DNA of 64,000 nt from Spirochaetaceae bacterium (GTDB lineage: Bacteria; Spirochaetota; Spirochaetia; DSM-2461). This document shows positions 1 to 10,610 of this stretch, one piece after another (position 1 is the first letter of the stretch; each line of letters opens with the position of its first letter). The notes under the pieces were generated by a model that did no database searches, had not been told where the DNA came from, and saw nothing but the letters and a program-made list of their open reading frames with translations. The stretch covers positions 992,001 to 1,056,000 of the forward strand of contig OZ245056.1 in the NCBI GenBank assembly GCA_965224705.1. Reading direction: 5' to 3'. Made by a program: the position numbers and the translations under genes.

Positions 1-250
1 TCGTTCTGTATTGATGTAGTGCAGAGGGCCTTATGTCTTAACGGGTTGCCTGGAGTCTTCAATGCTGAGTGAAGAGTTCCAGGGCATCTTTAAGAAAAAA
101 GCTTAAGCATGGGGTGGTAAAGGCCGGGCCATAGGTAAGGTGTATATGGAGCGGTTTTGGCGGGCGATCAAGTATGTCGAGGTGGGGTCTCACGGATTAC
201 AATGAAGAACATCCCCATTCATTGATTGAGGGCTTGACACCGGTTATGTT
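1..250 (+). pseudogene. IS3-family transposase (integrase core) remnant
   Basis: Degraded frames read ..MERFWRAIKYVEV..DYNEEHPHS.., resembling the IS3 OrfB C-terminus. A related copy lies at ~2488-2610. Confidence 0.55.
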
Positions 251-466
251 TTGTGATATCTTGAACTTGTGTTGAACATCAGGGGGAATTTCGAGAAGAA
301 AGCAACTGAGCTTCTGGCTCCTCGGCTGTAGAAGTGTTGCTGATCAGCGTCAGGGCGGGGGGTGTGTGAAATTTGTGGAGATAAGATTTAATTCTATTCA
401 ACGCCCGGCTTAAGAAGTTTTTACTCCTCGGCCATCCGTAGCCGCGAGAAATAGGAGAAAATAGAA

Positions 467-1398
467 ATGAAAAAAGCACTATTAGTATTCTTTATTTTTA
501 CTTTAGTATTCTCTTGTGAAATGCCTTCTGACCAACCGGATGATCCTTCTGAACAACCGGATGATTTCAATGGTTCAGCATCCACATCAAATTTTGTATA
601 TCGTTTTATTCCCGTAGCTTCCCCTCCTACTGATTTTTGACACAAGCAAATAATCAAGGTTCTTCTGGCTATATTTGGAAGGGCGATTATATGTTTTCTG
701 GAACAACGTACAGTATTTATGTCAAAGATGGTACTAAAGGAAACAACTTTTCGTATCTATTGTTATCCACAACAAGTACAACTTCTGATTTTCTTACCCA
801 GGCAAATACTCAGGGTTTAAACGGCTATATTTGGAAGGGGAGTTATTCATTTTCAGGAGTTGCTTACAATTTGTACATAAAGGATTCTTCAAAGAACAAT
901 AATTTTTCATATCAATTATTAAGTACTTCTAGTTCATCAACTGATTTCTTAACTCAGGCAAATACTCACGGTTCAACCGGCTATATTTGGAAGGGGAGTT
1001 ATTCATTTTTAGGAGTTGCTTACAATTTGTACATAAAGGATTCTTCAAAGAACAATAATTTTTCATATCAATTATTAAGTACTTCTAGTTCATCAACTGA
1101 TTTCTTAACTCAGGCAAATACTCACGGTTCAAACGGCTATATTTGGAAGGGGAGTTATTCATTTTTAGGAGTTGCTTACAATTTGTACATAAAGGATTCA
1201 TCGATTTCAGATAGTTATTCTTACCATGTATTAACATCCCAAAGTTCTTCTTCCGATTTCTTAACTCAAGCAAATACTGAGGGTGCAGATAGTTACTTAT
1301 ATATGAACACATACTATTTTTCGAAAATGCAGAATGTTTTCTTTAATTCAAAGAATGGCATAGAACTTCTATTTAGTCATCTGTACTCTGGACTTTAA
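467..1398 (+). pseudogene. Lipoprotein with ~52-aa tandem repeats, frameshifted at a T5 run (634-638)
   Basis: AGGAG SD, then ATG 467 gives MKKALLVFFIFTLVFSC (lipobox) ...PPTDF*. One extra T would give DFLTQAN, matching the repeats of ORF 637..1398. The nucleotide repeat period is 156 bp (881 vs 1037). Confidence 0.7.
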
Positions 1399-1494
1399 TG
1401 CGTGTGGAGAGTACTGTAGTTTTTTAAGCGGATTTAAAAGCACCTCCATGTACTTTAAAAGTATTCAACCGAGCCAACCGGGCACTAAGGATAT

Positions 1495-1645
1495 CAGCGA
1501 ATACACACTCTGTCGCCTACGCTCCCTGGCCTTCGGCCAGATTGCCCCTTTGACACCATTGGAAAAAGCATGGTAGATTTTCCCCAATTGGTGTAAAGCC
1601 CACAAGGGGCCCAGGCCAGCTTCGCATAATGGCGAAACGTTATAC
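1495..1645 (+). other. Degenerate attC-like palindrome
   Basis: Nested inverted segments (tggcc/ggcca, gcccctt/aaggggc, acacca/tggtgt) end in GTTATAC (GTTRRRY-like core) ~17 nt before the next ATG. Confidence 0.45.
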
Positions 1646-1661
1646 GAAATAGAAAAAACAA

Positions 1662-2102
1662 ATGAAATTATTCTTTAATACAAAAAAATCGTATTTAATA
1701 TATGGGATAGTCTTCATCCTATGCCAGCCCTTTTTCACGATTTCATACTATGTTTGGAATCAAGAAGCCGGTGCTTATCCCCCTCATGCAGATTCAATAG
1801 GAATACCTATTTTTCAGGAGTTAGTTGTTTTTCCATTCCTGGCATTTATTGCGATTGCGGGTATCATTTATGCAGGGATCAACTTCCCTGGAAGTATCAA
1901 AATTCGAATAATTAACTCCGATAGAAAAATATGGTCGATTTGTTGGTTTCTTTTGTTTCTCTTTTTTATATTTACTGCTATTCAAGAAGGCGTCCTTGCT
2001 ATAAAGTATTTCAATGTAATTCACATGCTAAATAGTATTATATGGGTACACGTGTTTTGTCATGTGTATCTTCTTATAAAAGAAAAAAAGGGCTGGCTCT
2101 AG
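1662..2102 (+). CDS. Hypothetical membrane protein, cassette-like, AT-rich
   Basis: 146 aa with ~4 hydrophobic segments. Bounded by GTTATAC upstream and GTACAAC just downstream. Confidence 0.7.
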   Translation: MKLFFNTKKSYLIYGIVFILCQPFFTISYYVWNQEAGAYPPHADSIGIPIFQELVVFPFLAFIAIAGIIYAGINFPGSIKIRIINSDRKIWSICWFLLFLFFIFTAIQEGVLAIKYFNVIHMLNSIIWVHVFCHVYLLIKEKKGWL

Positions 2103-2129
2103 TTTTTTCTACATCGTACAACAGCGTTT

Positions 2130-2354
2130 ATGTGTTCCAGCCTGTCAAACCGACTTACTGGTTTCGCGCGCTGTGCCAAAGTAGTTGTCACACAAGTTAA
2201 GTCAGCCAACGTAGGAGATGACAACATGCAGCGGTACAGTGTTCAATTCAGGAATTCTATCTTGCAAAAGATGATCGGCCCGGAGAAACGGAAGGCGGCT
2301 GATCTCTCAAGGAATTCGGGGTTTCTGCAACCACAATCTATGGGTAGAAATTGA
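2130..2354 (+). pseudogene. IS3-family OrfA (HTH) remnant
   Basis: SD aggag then MQRYSVQFRNSILQKMIGPEKRKAADLSR, truncated. Confidence 0.55.
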
Positions 2355-2667
2355 GCGTCCCAATCAGGTATGGAGTACCGCCATTACCTATATCCGTATG
2401 GAGCACAGATTCGTCTACCTGACGGCGGTCATTGACTGCTACTCTTGCACGCTTCTTTCCTGAAAACCTCCTCCTCGCTGGTTAAATCGTTCTGCATCGA
2501 CGTAGTACAGAGAGACTTATGTCTTAACGGCTTGCCTGAAGTCTTCAACACTGAGCGAGAGCTTCAGGGCATCTTCATCGATTGAGGGATTGACACCGCT
2601 TATGTTTTTCGGTGGGTAAAGTATCGACAGGATGAACGGGGATCAATGCCTGATTCTCCAGGTAGGG

Positions 2668-2740
2668 ACTTAAGTCAAGACGAAGGATTTGTGCCTGCCT
2701 GTGCGTTACCTCACGCAGACAGGCGGGTTCTGACTTAAGT
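2668..2740. repeat. Small palindromic element (REP/MITE-like)
   Basis: Perfect 10-bp terminal IR ACTTAAGTCA/TGACTTAAGT enclosing the inner hairpin gcctgcctgtgcgt..acgcagacaggc. Confidence 0.55.
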
Positions 2741-2975
2741 GCTTAACATTTTGGTCTATCTCGACGGCTTGTATTAGCCGGACATTTGTCAATGGATGAA
2801 TTCTGGACTTGAACATCAGGGGAGATTTCGAAAAGCAAGCAACTGAGCCTCTGGTTCTTCGGCTGTATAAGTGTTACTGATGCAGTCTCAGGGCAAGAGA
2901 TTAAGTGTATGAAATTCGTGGAGATAAGTATAGTTTGATAAAAAATGCAAAAATCAATTCCTGAAAGGAACCTCA

Positions 2976-3329
2976 GTGAGAAAGTTCCTTCTCGTGTTAT
3001 TTGTGCTTTCTTTAAGTGTATATACTTTCGCAAATAACTTTCCGTTAGTTGGCAACGAACTACTTGCTCCTTTTCCAGGGCCGTACTCCCCCGAATTCTT
3101 GAGCCCTACAGAACTGTTGCTTCGGTGGGAAAGTGGGGCTGAGAACACGGAGTATTTAGACCTTTCAAAAGAATACTCGTACGAACTGCTCGATAGAAAT
3201 GGAATGACGTTCTCAGAATTCATGGAGAATTGCCCAGGACATTGGAATCAGGTATGTACTCAAATGTACCGACTCCGCGCTATGCACACCCCATTTCAGA
3301 TTGCGGCAGTCAGGCCGCCGTCCACGTAA
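2976..3329 (+). CDS. Hypothetical secreted protein, probably truncated
   Basis: Signal peptide MRKFLLVLFVLSLSVYTFA. The 3' end runs into the convergent SDR gene. Confidence 0.5.
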   Translation: MRKFLLVLFVLSLSVYTFANNFPLVGNELLAPFPGPYSPEFLSPTELLLRWESGAENTEYLDLSKEYSYELLDRNGMTFSEFMENCPGHWNQVCTQMYRLRAMHTPFQIAAVRPPST

Positions 3330-4063
3330 AGAATCTGCCCCGTAACAAAGCTGCTGGCTTCACTGGCAAGGAAGACCGCGGCCCCTGAAAGCTCCTGAAC
3401 ATTTCCCCAACGCGCCATGGGAGTCCGCCCTCTATACCATGAGTCAAATTTCTCATCCTCCTGGAGTGCTTTGGTTAGGGGAGTCGAAAAATAACCCGGC
3501 GCGATGCCGTTCACCTGAATATTTTGCGCCCCGAGTTCCACCGCGAGCTCCTTTGTGAGCATGGCCACCCCGCCCTTGCTGGCGGCGTAGTTCGCGTTCT
3601 CCTTTCGGGCGATGGAACTCATGAGGGAGCATATATTGATCACCTTTCCCGCCTGCCGCTCGATCATTTCCGGGACCACCGCCTTTGACACGAGAAAAAC
3701 GCTGTCCAGATTGAGACGCATCACCTGCTGCCACTGTTCCAGTGACATATCCGTGAACTTTCCCCGGATTGTTCCCCCGGCGTTATTCACGAGGATGTCG
3801 ATGGGACCTATTCCCTTAGCAGCAGCCTGGATACCCGATGCGATGGAGATTGGATCGGTAACATCAAAGACGGCCGATTCGACACGCCAGCCCTTCTTTC
3901 GGCATTCGGCGGCCACGGCCTCCACTTTCTCTTCTGATCGGCCGTTGAGGACAACCCGCGCTCCGGCAGCCATCAAACCTTCCGCCAGAGCGCGGCCGAT
4001 TCCCTGGGTCGATCCGGTCACAAGGGCGTTCTTCCCCTCAAGGGAAAACAGCTTTGCCTTCAT
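3296..4063 (-). CDS. SDR oxidoreductase, gluconate 5-dehydrogenase-like
   Basis: TGSTQGIG, NNAG, YAASK and NGIAPGYF motifs. Confidence 0.9.
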   Translation of the reverse strand: MKAKLFSLEGKNALVTGSTQGIGRALAEGLMAAGARVVLNGRSEEKVEAVAAECRKKGWRVESAVFDVTDPISIASGIQAAAKGIGPIDILVNNAGGTIRGKFTDMSLEQWQQVMRLNLDSVFLVSKAVVPEMIERQAGKVINICSLMSSIARKENANYAASKGGVAMLTKELAVELGAQNIQVNGIAPGYFSTPLTKALQEDEKFDSWYRGRTPMARWGNVQELSGAAVFLASEASSFVTGQILYVDGGLTAAI

Positions 4064-4069
4064 ACAAGA

Positions 4070-5107
4070 TTACTCCTTTTTCTCAAGATCAAAGATAACG
4101 CGCAGCCCCTCTTCTCCTGACCTTGCCGCCGCGAACGCTTCCCGCGCGCTGCTCAAGGCGAAGGCTTCCGACTTGAAGATGTCGAAGAGTCGGAATTCGC
4201 TTCTAAGGAATTCCATGGCATATTCAAAGTCAAAAGGCTCGTACACCCTTACCCCGCGGACAATAAGTTCCTTAAAGGTTAAATCGACCATGTTGAAGGT
4301 CCTTGCCTCCTTGGGGATGGACACCTGAACAAGGGTGCCGCGGGGACGGAGAATCTTTGTTGACGAAAGAATGGCCGGTTGGCTTCCCGCGCACTCGAAT
4401 ACCACATCCATGCCGCGGCCTTCGGATACGGCGGAGATGTATTCCTCCAGGGGCTGACTGGATGGATCAACGACATCGAAACCAAGGGACTCTGCCTGTT
4501 TTTGCCGCTTCTTGTTGGGCTCACTTATGATAATCTGACGCCCGCTTACCCGCTGCGTCAGGATTCCCACGAGGATGCCGATAGGGCCGCCCCCGATAAC
4601 ACAGATCCTGTCCCGGAATTTTGGCGCGCCAAGCCGGGCCGCATGGACGGCAATGGCTAAGGGCTCGGTGAGCACCACGAGTTCCGGTGCCATGCCCTCT
4701 GCCGCGGGGACAATCTTTCTGTTATCCGCCACCATGAAATCGGCCATTCCCCCCGGAAGATCAATCCCATACAGTTGGAGATTTTGACAAACGTGGGGGA
4801 CTCCCGACCGGCAGGCCACGCAGGTTCCACAGCTAATGATCGGCTCCAGGCTTACTTGATCGCCGGGGCCGAAATTGACCGCCTCCCCCCTGGTTTCGAC
4901 AACTTCGGCGGCCAGTTCGTGCCCCGGAATGAGGCCGGGCTTTGCTCTGGGATGCTTTCCGCTCAGGATGGAAATATCCGTGCCGCATATACCCGCCCGT
5001 AGGACACGCAGTAGACTCTGATTTTCCCCCGGTATGGGTATGGGGGGGCTTTCCAGTTGAATTTCCGGGGTTCCGTTGTAGGAAAGGGCCCGCATCTCTT
5101 GACTCAT
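4070..5107 (-). CDS. Zn-dependent alcohol dehydrogenase (idonate/sorbitol dehydrogenase-like)
   Basis: GICGTD, GHE, CxxCxxC-x7-C and GGGPIG motifs. Start moved to 5107, downstream of the promoter. Confidence 0.9.
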   Translation of the reverse strand: MSQEMRALSYNGTPEIQLESPPIPIPGENQSLLRVLRAGICGTDISILSGKHPRAKPGLIPGHELAAEVVETRGEAVNFGPGDQVSLEPIISCGTCVACRSGVPHVCQNLQLYGIDLPGGMADFMVADNRKIVPAAEGMAPELVVLTEPLAIAVHAARLGAPKFRDRICVIGGGPIGILVGILTQRVSGRQIIISEPNKKRQKQAESLGFDVVDPSSQPLEEYISAVSEGRGMDVVFECAGSQPAILSSTKILRPRGTLVQVSIPKEARTFNMVDLTFKELIVRGVRVYEPFDFEYAMEFLRSEFRLFDIFKSEAFALSSAREAFAAARSGEEGLRVIFDLEKKE

Positions 5108-5167
5108 CACCGTATCTCCTTGCTTTACATGCTCCCAGGAGCCTGTTTGGACTCTCCGTCGAAGGTC

Positions 5168-5198
5168 ATTATAATCTGATAATTGTTGACAGTCAACA
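5168..5198 (-). promoter_or_regulatory. Sigma70 promoter overlapped by a palindromic operator
   Basis: Minus strand TTGACT(5196-5191)-17 nt-TATAAT(5173-5168). The palindrome TGTTGAC-A-GTCAACA (5184-5198) covers the -35 box. Confidence 0.75.
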
Positions 5199-5287
5199 GT
5201 ACAGCAATTATGTGATCCTGGTTTATCCGATATCTCATCACCGCCCCTTAAGACGAATTCTACCCTCCGTGAGAGACACTTCACTCA

Positions 5288-5316
5288 TTGACAACGCTCC
5301 CCGCCACTGATATACT
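5288..5316 (+). promoter_or_regulatory. Sigma70 promoter of the first Rpn gene
   Basis: TTGACA-17 nt-TATACT, 10 nt upstream of ATG 5327. Confidence 0.65.
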
Positions 5317-5326
5317 TCCTCTGGTC

Positions 5327-5878
5327 ATGAACAAGTATATCAATCCAATGAACGACTTCTTCATGCGCTATCTGCTGGAAAGCAAGGGCAGCGAAAACAA
5401 TTGCCGCGGCTTCGTCAACGCCGTTCTTAAAGATTTCGACTTCCCGGCGGTGAGCAGCCTGGTCATTCTCAATCCCTTCAACCTGAAGGATTATCACGGA
5501 TACAAGGAGTCTGTCGGACTTTAAGACTTCGAGGCGATTTTTGATGATTTCTTCCTGATGCAAGGCGACAAAAACGGAGCATAGCTGGGCTACGTGAGTA
5601 TTTTGGCAACGCAGCAGCAGGGTATGCGAGTCTATGGACTCGCATCCTGAGAGAGTGCCGAGCGATAGCGAGGAAAAGCCGCCACGGATGGCGGCGAAAA
5701 CGAACGAAGGCGGCTCTCCAGAAGCAAGCAGGAGGCTTGCTTCTGGAGAGAAGGGCAAAAATCGAGCCGTGAGGCGTAAGTCCGACAGACTCCTAAGCGC
5801 TTGAAGGCCGCCGGAGTTTCCCTTGACATCATCATCAAGGCCACCGACCTGAGCGAAGAAGAGATCCGAAAGCTCTAA
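5327..5878 (+). pseudogene. Rpn-family PD-(D/E)XK nuclease, middle replaced by a MITE
   Basis: N-terminus MNKYINPMNDFFMRYLL..ILNPFNLKDY..KES, then the MITE, then only the tail RLKAAGVSLDIIIKATDLSEEEIRKL*. Confidence 0.8.
5507..5792. mobile_element. MITE copy 1 (long variant, 286 bp)
   Basis: Terminal IR GAGTCTGTCGGACTT/AAGTCCGACAGACTC, with an extra ~125-bp hairpin-rich insert. No TSD. Confidence 0.85.
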
Positions 5879-5879
5879 C

Positions 5880-6716
5880 AGAAACAAATTTCCCCCAAGC
5901 GAAAGCCCCCTGCACAGGGATATTTCGCTATATATTCCCCCACCTTCGTGAGAAACACCCCTCTCCAAGCCACAAACCACACAAAAAGCACGAAAGGATT
6001 TCATCAATTACTTCTTGTACAGTAATCCTATTTTACCAGATGAAGGCAATTACTCACCAATCTTTTTGTCCCATATTTCTCTGCGTATCTCCGCGATCTC
6101 TGTGGTTTTTAACTTATTCATGGTTTTTAACCGCAGAGGACGCAGAGAACGCAGAGGGTTTAAGGTAATTATTCATCAAACTTCTTATGCCATGTTTGGA
6201 TTTTAAGGTGTTGGAACTGTTCTCTAATGAGATACGATTGCCCTGGTGGATATTTTATCAGGAACCCTGAAAAGAAAACCAGCAAATTTTCGTGTTTTTC
6301 GTGCCTTTCGTGGTAAGAAATCCTTCAATTGGCTTCCTGCCTTTTTTATAAACCACGAACCACACAAAAATCACGAAAGGATTTCATCAATTATTCCCTT
6401 TACAGTAACCCTATTCCATCAGATGAAGGTAATTACTCACCAATCTTTTATCCCATATTTCTCTGCGTATCTCCGCGATCTCTGCGGTTTTACCCTATTC
6501 ATGGTTTTTTAACCGCAGAGAGCGCAGAGTGTTCAAGATAATTATTCACCTCACAACGATAACAAAAAGTTGACAAGCTCCTATTATTGAAGAAAACTCC
6601 ATTCGATCCCCAAAAATCAGTGTTTTTATTTTCTCTGGGATAGAATTAGATGCGATTGCCCTGATGACCCTATGCACAGCCCTAAACACTTCCCAAAAAT
6701 CATGCTACTTTAACAC
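5880..6716. repeat. Intergenic module of 9-nt periodic imperfect palindromes
   Basis: Contains CTCTGCG-type (AACCGCAGAGGACGCAGAG) and TTCGTG-type (ACCACGAACCACAC) arms, plus a GxxExxY 3'-end relic at ~6150-6220. Confidence 0.8.
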
Positions 6717-7550
6717 ATGATACCCCTGCCCAAATCAGTACCAAAAGTCCAAATCTCCCTGGACACCTTCTTCAAGAGACAGGCAAGGGAGTTTTTTAGC
6801 TCTTGCGGATACCTGGTTGAAACGGAACATGAAATGCTTAAAAGCCCCAAGAGGCTGGATGTCCTCCTTATCCAACAAAACACCGCCAGTGTAGAATTCG
6901 ACATATTCCACTACTTCGCTCCGTACAATCTGGTCAGCTACAAATCATACGGCGATGCCGTAAGAACACAGGACATTTACGACCTCTCCATATACACAAA
7001 CCTCTACCTGCGAGAAAACTCCAGAGCCAACTACAGCAACACAACCATCACACTCATCTGCTCCAGAACCCCGAGGAAATTCATCCGGGAACACAAAGAG
7101 TATTTCACCGAGACATGTCCCGGCCACTTCATCGGCAACTATGGAATGTACAAAATTCACATCATCAACATTGAAACCATCCAATTATCGGGACCTGACG
7201 GAGTGTTTCTATCCGAATTCTGCCGGGATATCGACCGCTTATCCGACCAGACCGAAATCAAGGAGTCCGGTTTCCCTAAACAGATTATTGACAAACTGCT
7301 TAAGGGCATTATAATGAGACTATCTATCTTTGAGGGTAAGGAGGACAATATGGTACCTGTTGCCGATGTAACGGAACTGATGAGGCCTCAACTTGAAAAG
7401 GCCTGGGATGACGGAATGGAAGAAGGCAAAAAAGAAGGCCGAAATGAGGAAAAAACCCAAACAGCCAGGCGCTTAAAAGCCGCCGGAGCCGACATGAAAC
7501 TCATCATCAAGGCCACCGGCCTGAGCGAAGAAGAGCTCAAAAAGCTCTAA
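6717..7550 (+). CDS. Rpn-like PD-(D/E)XK nuclease, type A, copy 1
   Basis: KRLDVLL..LVSYKS core, G-x-E-E repeats and an Rpn-type tail IIKATGLSEEELKKL. Confidence 0.75.
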   Translation: MIPLPKSVPKVQISLDTFFKRQAREFFSSCGYLVETEHEMLKSPKRLDVLLIQQNTASVEFDIFHYFAPYNLVSYKSYGDAVRTQDIYDLSIYTNLYLRENSRANYSNTTITLICSRTPRKFIREHKEYFTETCPGHFIGNYGMYKIHIINIETIQLSGPDGVFLSEFCRDIDRLSDQTEIKESGFPKQIIDKLLKGIIMRLSIFEGKEDNMVPVADVTELMRPQLEKAWDDGMEEGKKEGRNEEKTQTARRLKAAGADMKLIIKATGLSEEELKKL

Positions 7551-7936
7551 CAGAAACAAACCTCCCCAAGGCCCCCCTGCGAAAGCCTCTTGACATTCGA
7601 GTCCTCTCCTCCGTGCCCTCCGTGCCTCCGTGAGAAACATCCCAAAAAGCTCATTCCCCCCAGAACCATTATTCTCATTTTACCGGGAACAGAATGAGAT
7701 ACGATTGCCCTGGTGGGGCGGGTTAATCAGGACCACTGGAAAGGAAACCAGCAAAGTTTCGTGTCTTTCGTGTTTTTCGTGCCTTTCGTGGTAAGAAATC
7801 CTCTCAATTGGCTTCCTGTCTTTTTTATAAACCACGAACCACACGAAAAGCACGAAAGGATTTCATCAATTATTCCCTGTACAGTGTCCCTATGCACAGC
7901 CCTAAACACTTCCCAAAAATCATGCTACTTTAACAC

Positions 7937-8758
7937 ATGATACCCCTGCCCAAATCATTACCAAAAGTCCAAATCTCCCTGGACACCTTCTTCAAGAGAC
8001 AGGCAAGGGAGTTTTTTAGCTCTTGCGGATACCTGGTTGAAACGGAACATGAAATGCTTAAAAGCCCCAAGAGGCTGGATGTCCTCCTTATCAAACAAAA
8101 CACCGCCAGTGTAGAATTCGACATATTCCACTACTTCGCTCCGTACAATCTGGTCAGCTACAAATCATACGGCGATGCCGTAAGAACACAGGACATTTAC
8201 GACCTCTCCATATACACAAACCTCTATCTGCGAGAAAACCCCAAAGCCAACTACAGCAACACAACCATCACACTCATCTGCTCCAGAACCCCGAGGAAAT
8301 TCATCCGGGAACACAAAGAGTATTTCACCGAGACATGTCCCGGCCACTTCATCGGCAACTATGGGATGTACAGAATTCACATCATCAACATTGAAACCAT
8401 CCAATTATCGGGGCCTGACGGCATATTTCTATCCGAATTCTGTCGGAATATCGACCGCTTATCCGACCAGACCGAAATCAAGGAGTCCGGTTTCCCTAAA
8501 CAGATTATTGACAAACTGCTTAAGGGCATTATAATGAGACTATCAATCTTTGAGGGTAAGGAGGACAATATGGTACCTGTTGCCGATGTAACCGAACTGA
8601 TGAGGCCTCAACTTGAAAAGGCCTGGGATGACGGAATGGAAGAAGGCGAAAGAAAAGCCATAACCCAAACAGCCAGGCGCTTAAAAGCCGCCGGAGTCTC
8701 CCTTGACATCATCATCAAGGCCACCGGCCTGAGCGAAGAAAAGATCCAAAAGCTCTAA
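7937..8758 (+). CDS. Rpn-like PD-(D/E)XK nuclease, type A, copy 2
   Basis: Near-identical to copy 1, with a different tail. Confidence 0.75.
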   Translation: MIPLPKSLPKVQISLDTFFKRQAREFFSSCGYLVETEHEMLKSPKRLDVLLIKQNTASVEFDIFHYFAPYNLVSYKSYGDAVRTQDIYDLSIYTNLYLRENPKANYSNTTITLICSRTPRKFIREHKEYFTETCPGHFIGNYGMYRIHIINIETIQLSGPDGIFLSEFCRNIDRLSDQTEIKESGFPKQIIDKLLKGIIMRLSIFEGKEDNMVPVADVTELMRPQLEKAWDDGMEEGERKAITQTARRLKAAGVSLDIIIKATGLSEEKIQKL

Positions 8759-9154
8759 CAGAAACAAATCTCCCCCAAGCTCCCATAACTCCGCAAGCCC
8801 CCCTGCATTTTGAGTTCCCCACCTCCGTGCCCTCCGTGCCTCCGTGAGAAACACCAAAAAAAACTCATTTCGATCCCCCAGAACCATTATTCTCATTTTA
8901 CCGGGAACAGAATGAGATACGATTGCCCTGGTGGGGCGGGTTAATCAGGACCACTGGAAAGGAAACCAGCAAAGTTTCGTGTCTTTCGTGTTTTTCGTGC
9001 CTTTCGTGGTAAGAAATCCTCTCAATTTGCTTCCTGCCTTTTTTATAAACCACGAACCACACAAAAAGCACGAAAGGATTTCATCAATTATTCCTTATAC
9101 AGTGTCCCTATGCACAGCCCTAAACACTTCCCAAAAAACATGCTACTCTAATAC

Positions 9155-9988
9155 ATGATACCCCTGCCCAAATCAGTACCAAAAGTCCAAATCTCCCTGG
9201 ACACCTTCTTCAAGAAACAGGCAAGGGAGTTTTTCGGCTCTTGCGGATACCTGGTTGAAACGGAACATGAAATGCTTAAAAGCCCCAAGAGGCTGGATGT
9301 CCTCCTTATCAAACAAAACACCGCCAGTGTAGAATTCGACATATTCCACTACTTCGCTCCGTACAATCTGGTCAGCTACAAATCATACGGCGATGCCGTA
9401 AGAACACAGGACATTTACGACCTCTCCATATACACAAACCTCTACCTGCGAGAAAACCCCAGAGCCAACTACAGCAACACAACCATCACACTCATATGCT
9501 CCAGAACCCCGAGGAAATTCATCCGGGAACACAAAGAGTATTTCACCGAAACATGTCCCGGCCACTTCATCGGCAACTATGGAATGTACAAAATTCACAT
9601 CATCAACATTGAAACCATCCAATTATCGGGACCTGACGGAGTGTTTTTATCCGAATTCTGCCGGGATATCGACCGCTTATCCGACCAGACCGAAATCAAG
9701 GAGTCCGGTTTCCCCAAACAGATTATTGACAAACTGCTTAAGGGCATTATAATGAGACTATCAATCTTTGAGGGTAAGGAGGACAATATGGTACCTGTTG
9801 CCGATGTAACGGAACTGATGAGGCCTCAACTTGAAAAGGCCTGGGATGACGGAATGGAAGAAGGCGAAAAAAAAGGCGAAAAAAAAGCCATAACCCAAAC
9901 AGCCAGGCGCTTAAAAGCCGCCGGAGTCTCCATTGATATCATCATCAAGGCCACCGGCCTAAGCGAAGAAAAGATCCAGAAGCTCTAA
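9155..9988 (+). CDS. Rpn-like PD-(D/E)XK nuclease, type A, copy 3
   Basis: Near-identical to copy 1; tail GMEE-GEKK-GEKK. Confidence 0.75.
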   Translation: MIPLPKSVPKVQISLDTFFKKQAREFFGSCGYLVETEHEMLKSPKRLDVLLIKQNTASVEFDIFHYFAPYNLVSYKSYGDAVRTQDIYDLSIYTNLYLRENPRANYSNTTITLICSRTPRKFIREHKEYFTETCPGHFIGNYGMYKIHIINIETIQLSGPDGVFLSEFCRDIDRLSDQTEIKESGFPKQIIDKLLKGIIMRLSIFEGKEDNMVPVADVTELMRPQLEKAWDDGMEEGEKKGEKKAITQTARRLKAAGVSIDIIIKATGLSEEKIQKL

Positions 9989-10610
9989 CCGAAACAAATC
10001 TCCCCAGGCGAAAGCCCCCCTGCACTTGGCCGCTCCACCACAGAAAACCTCTCACGGAGGCACGGAGCACACGGAGATAATTCAATACTTCCCTTACACA
10101 TAACAGGGATATCTCTAGATATTTCCCCACCTCCGGGAGAAACACCCCTCTCCAAACCTCCCCAAGCCCCCATAACTCCGCAAGTCCCCCTGCATCCGAC
10201 AGCCCCACCTCCGTGCCCTCCGTGCTTCCGTGAGAAACACCCAAAAAACTCATTTCGATTCCCCGGAATCATTATTCTCATTTTACCAGGAACCCTGAAA
10301 AGGAAACCACCAAATTTTCGCGCCTTTCATAGTAAAGAAACTTCTCTCCCCTGATAGCCCATTACAGAAAACCTCTCACGGAGGCACGGAGTTCACGGAG
10401 CTTATCCAGGGCTTCCCTTATATCTCACAGGGATATCTCTCTGCATTTCAAAGAAAGAAAGAACCCTATCATGCACCGACTCAAGCAACCCTCCCTCCGC
10501 CTGCCTGCCGAAGCCCCGACTTGAGGCAGGTGCCTCTATGAGAAACGCCCCCGTGTCCTCCGTGAGAAATATCCCTTGCACAAACACCAAAACTCCCGTA
10601 ATGTAAATCC

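Noticed and set aside
5285..6007. 240-aa minus-strand ORF
   Set aside because: Antisense read through the Rpn pseudogene and MITE; no coherent protein features.
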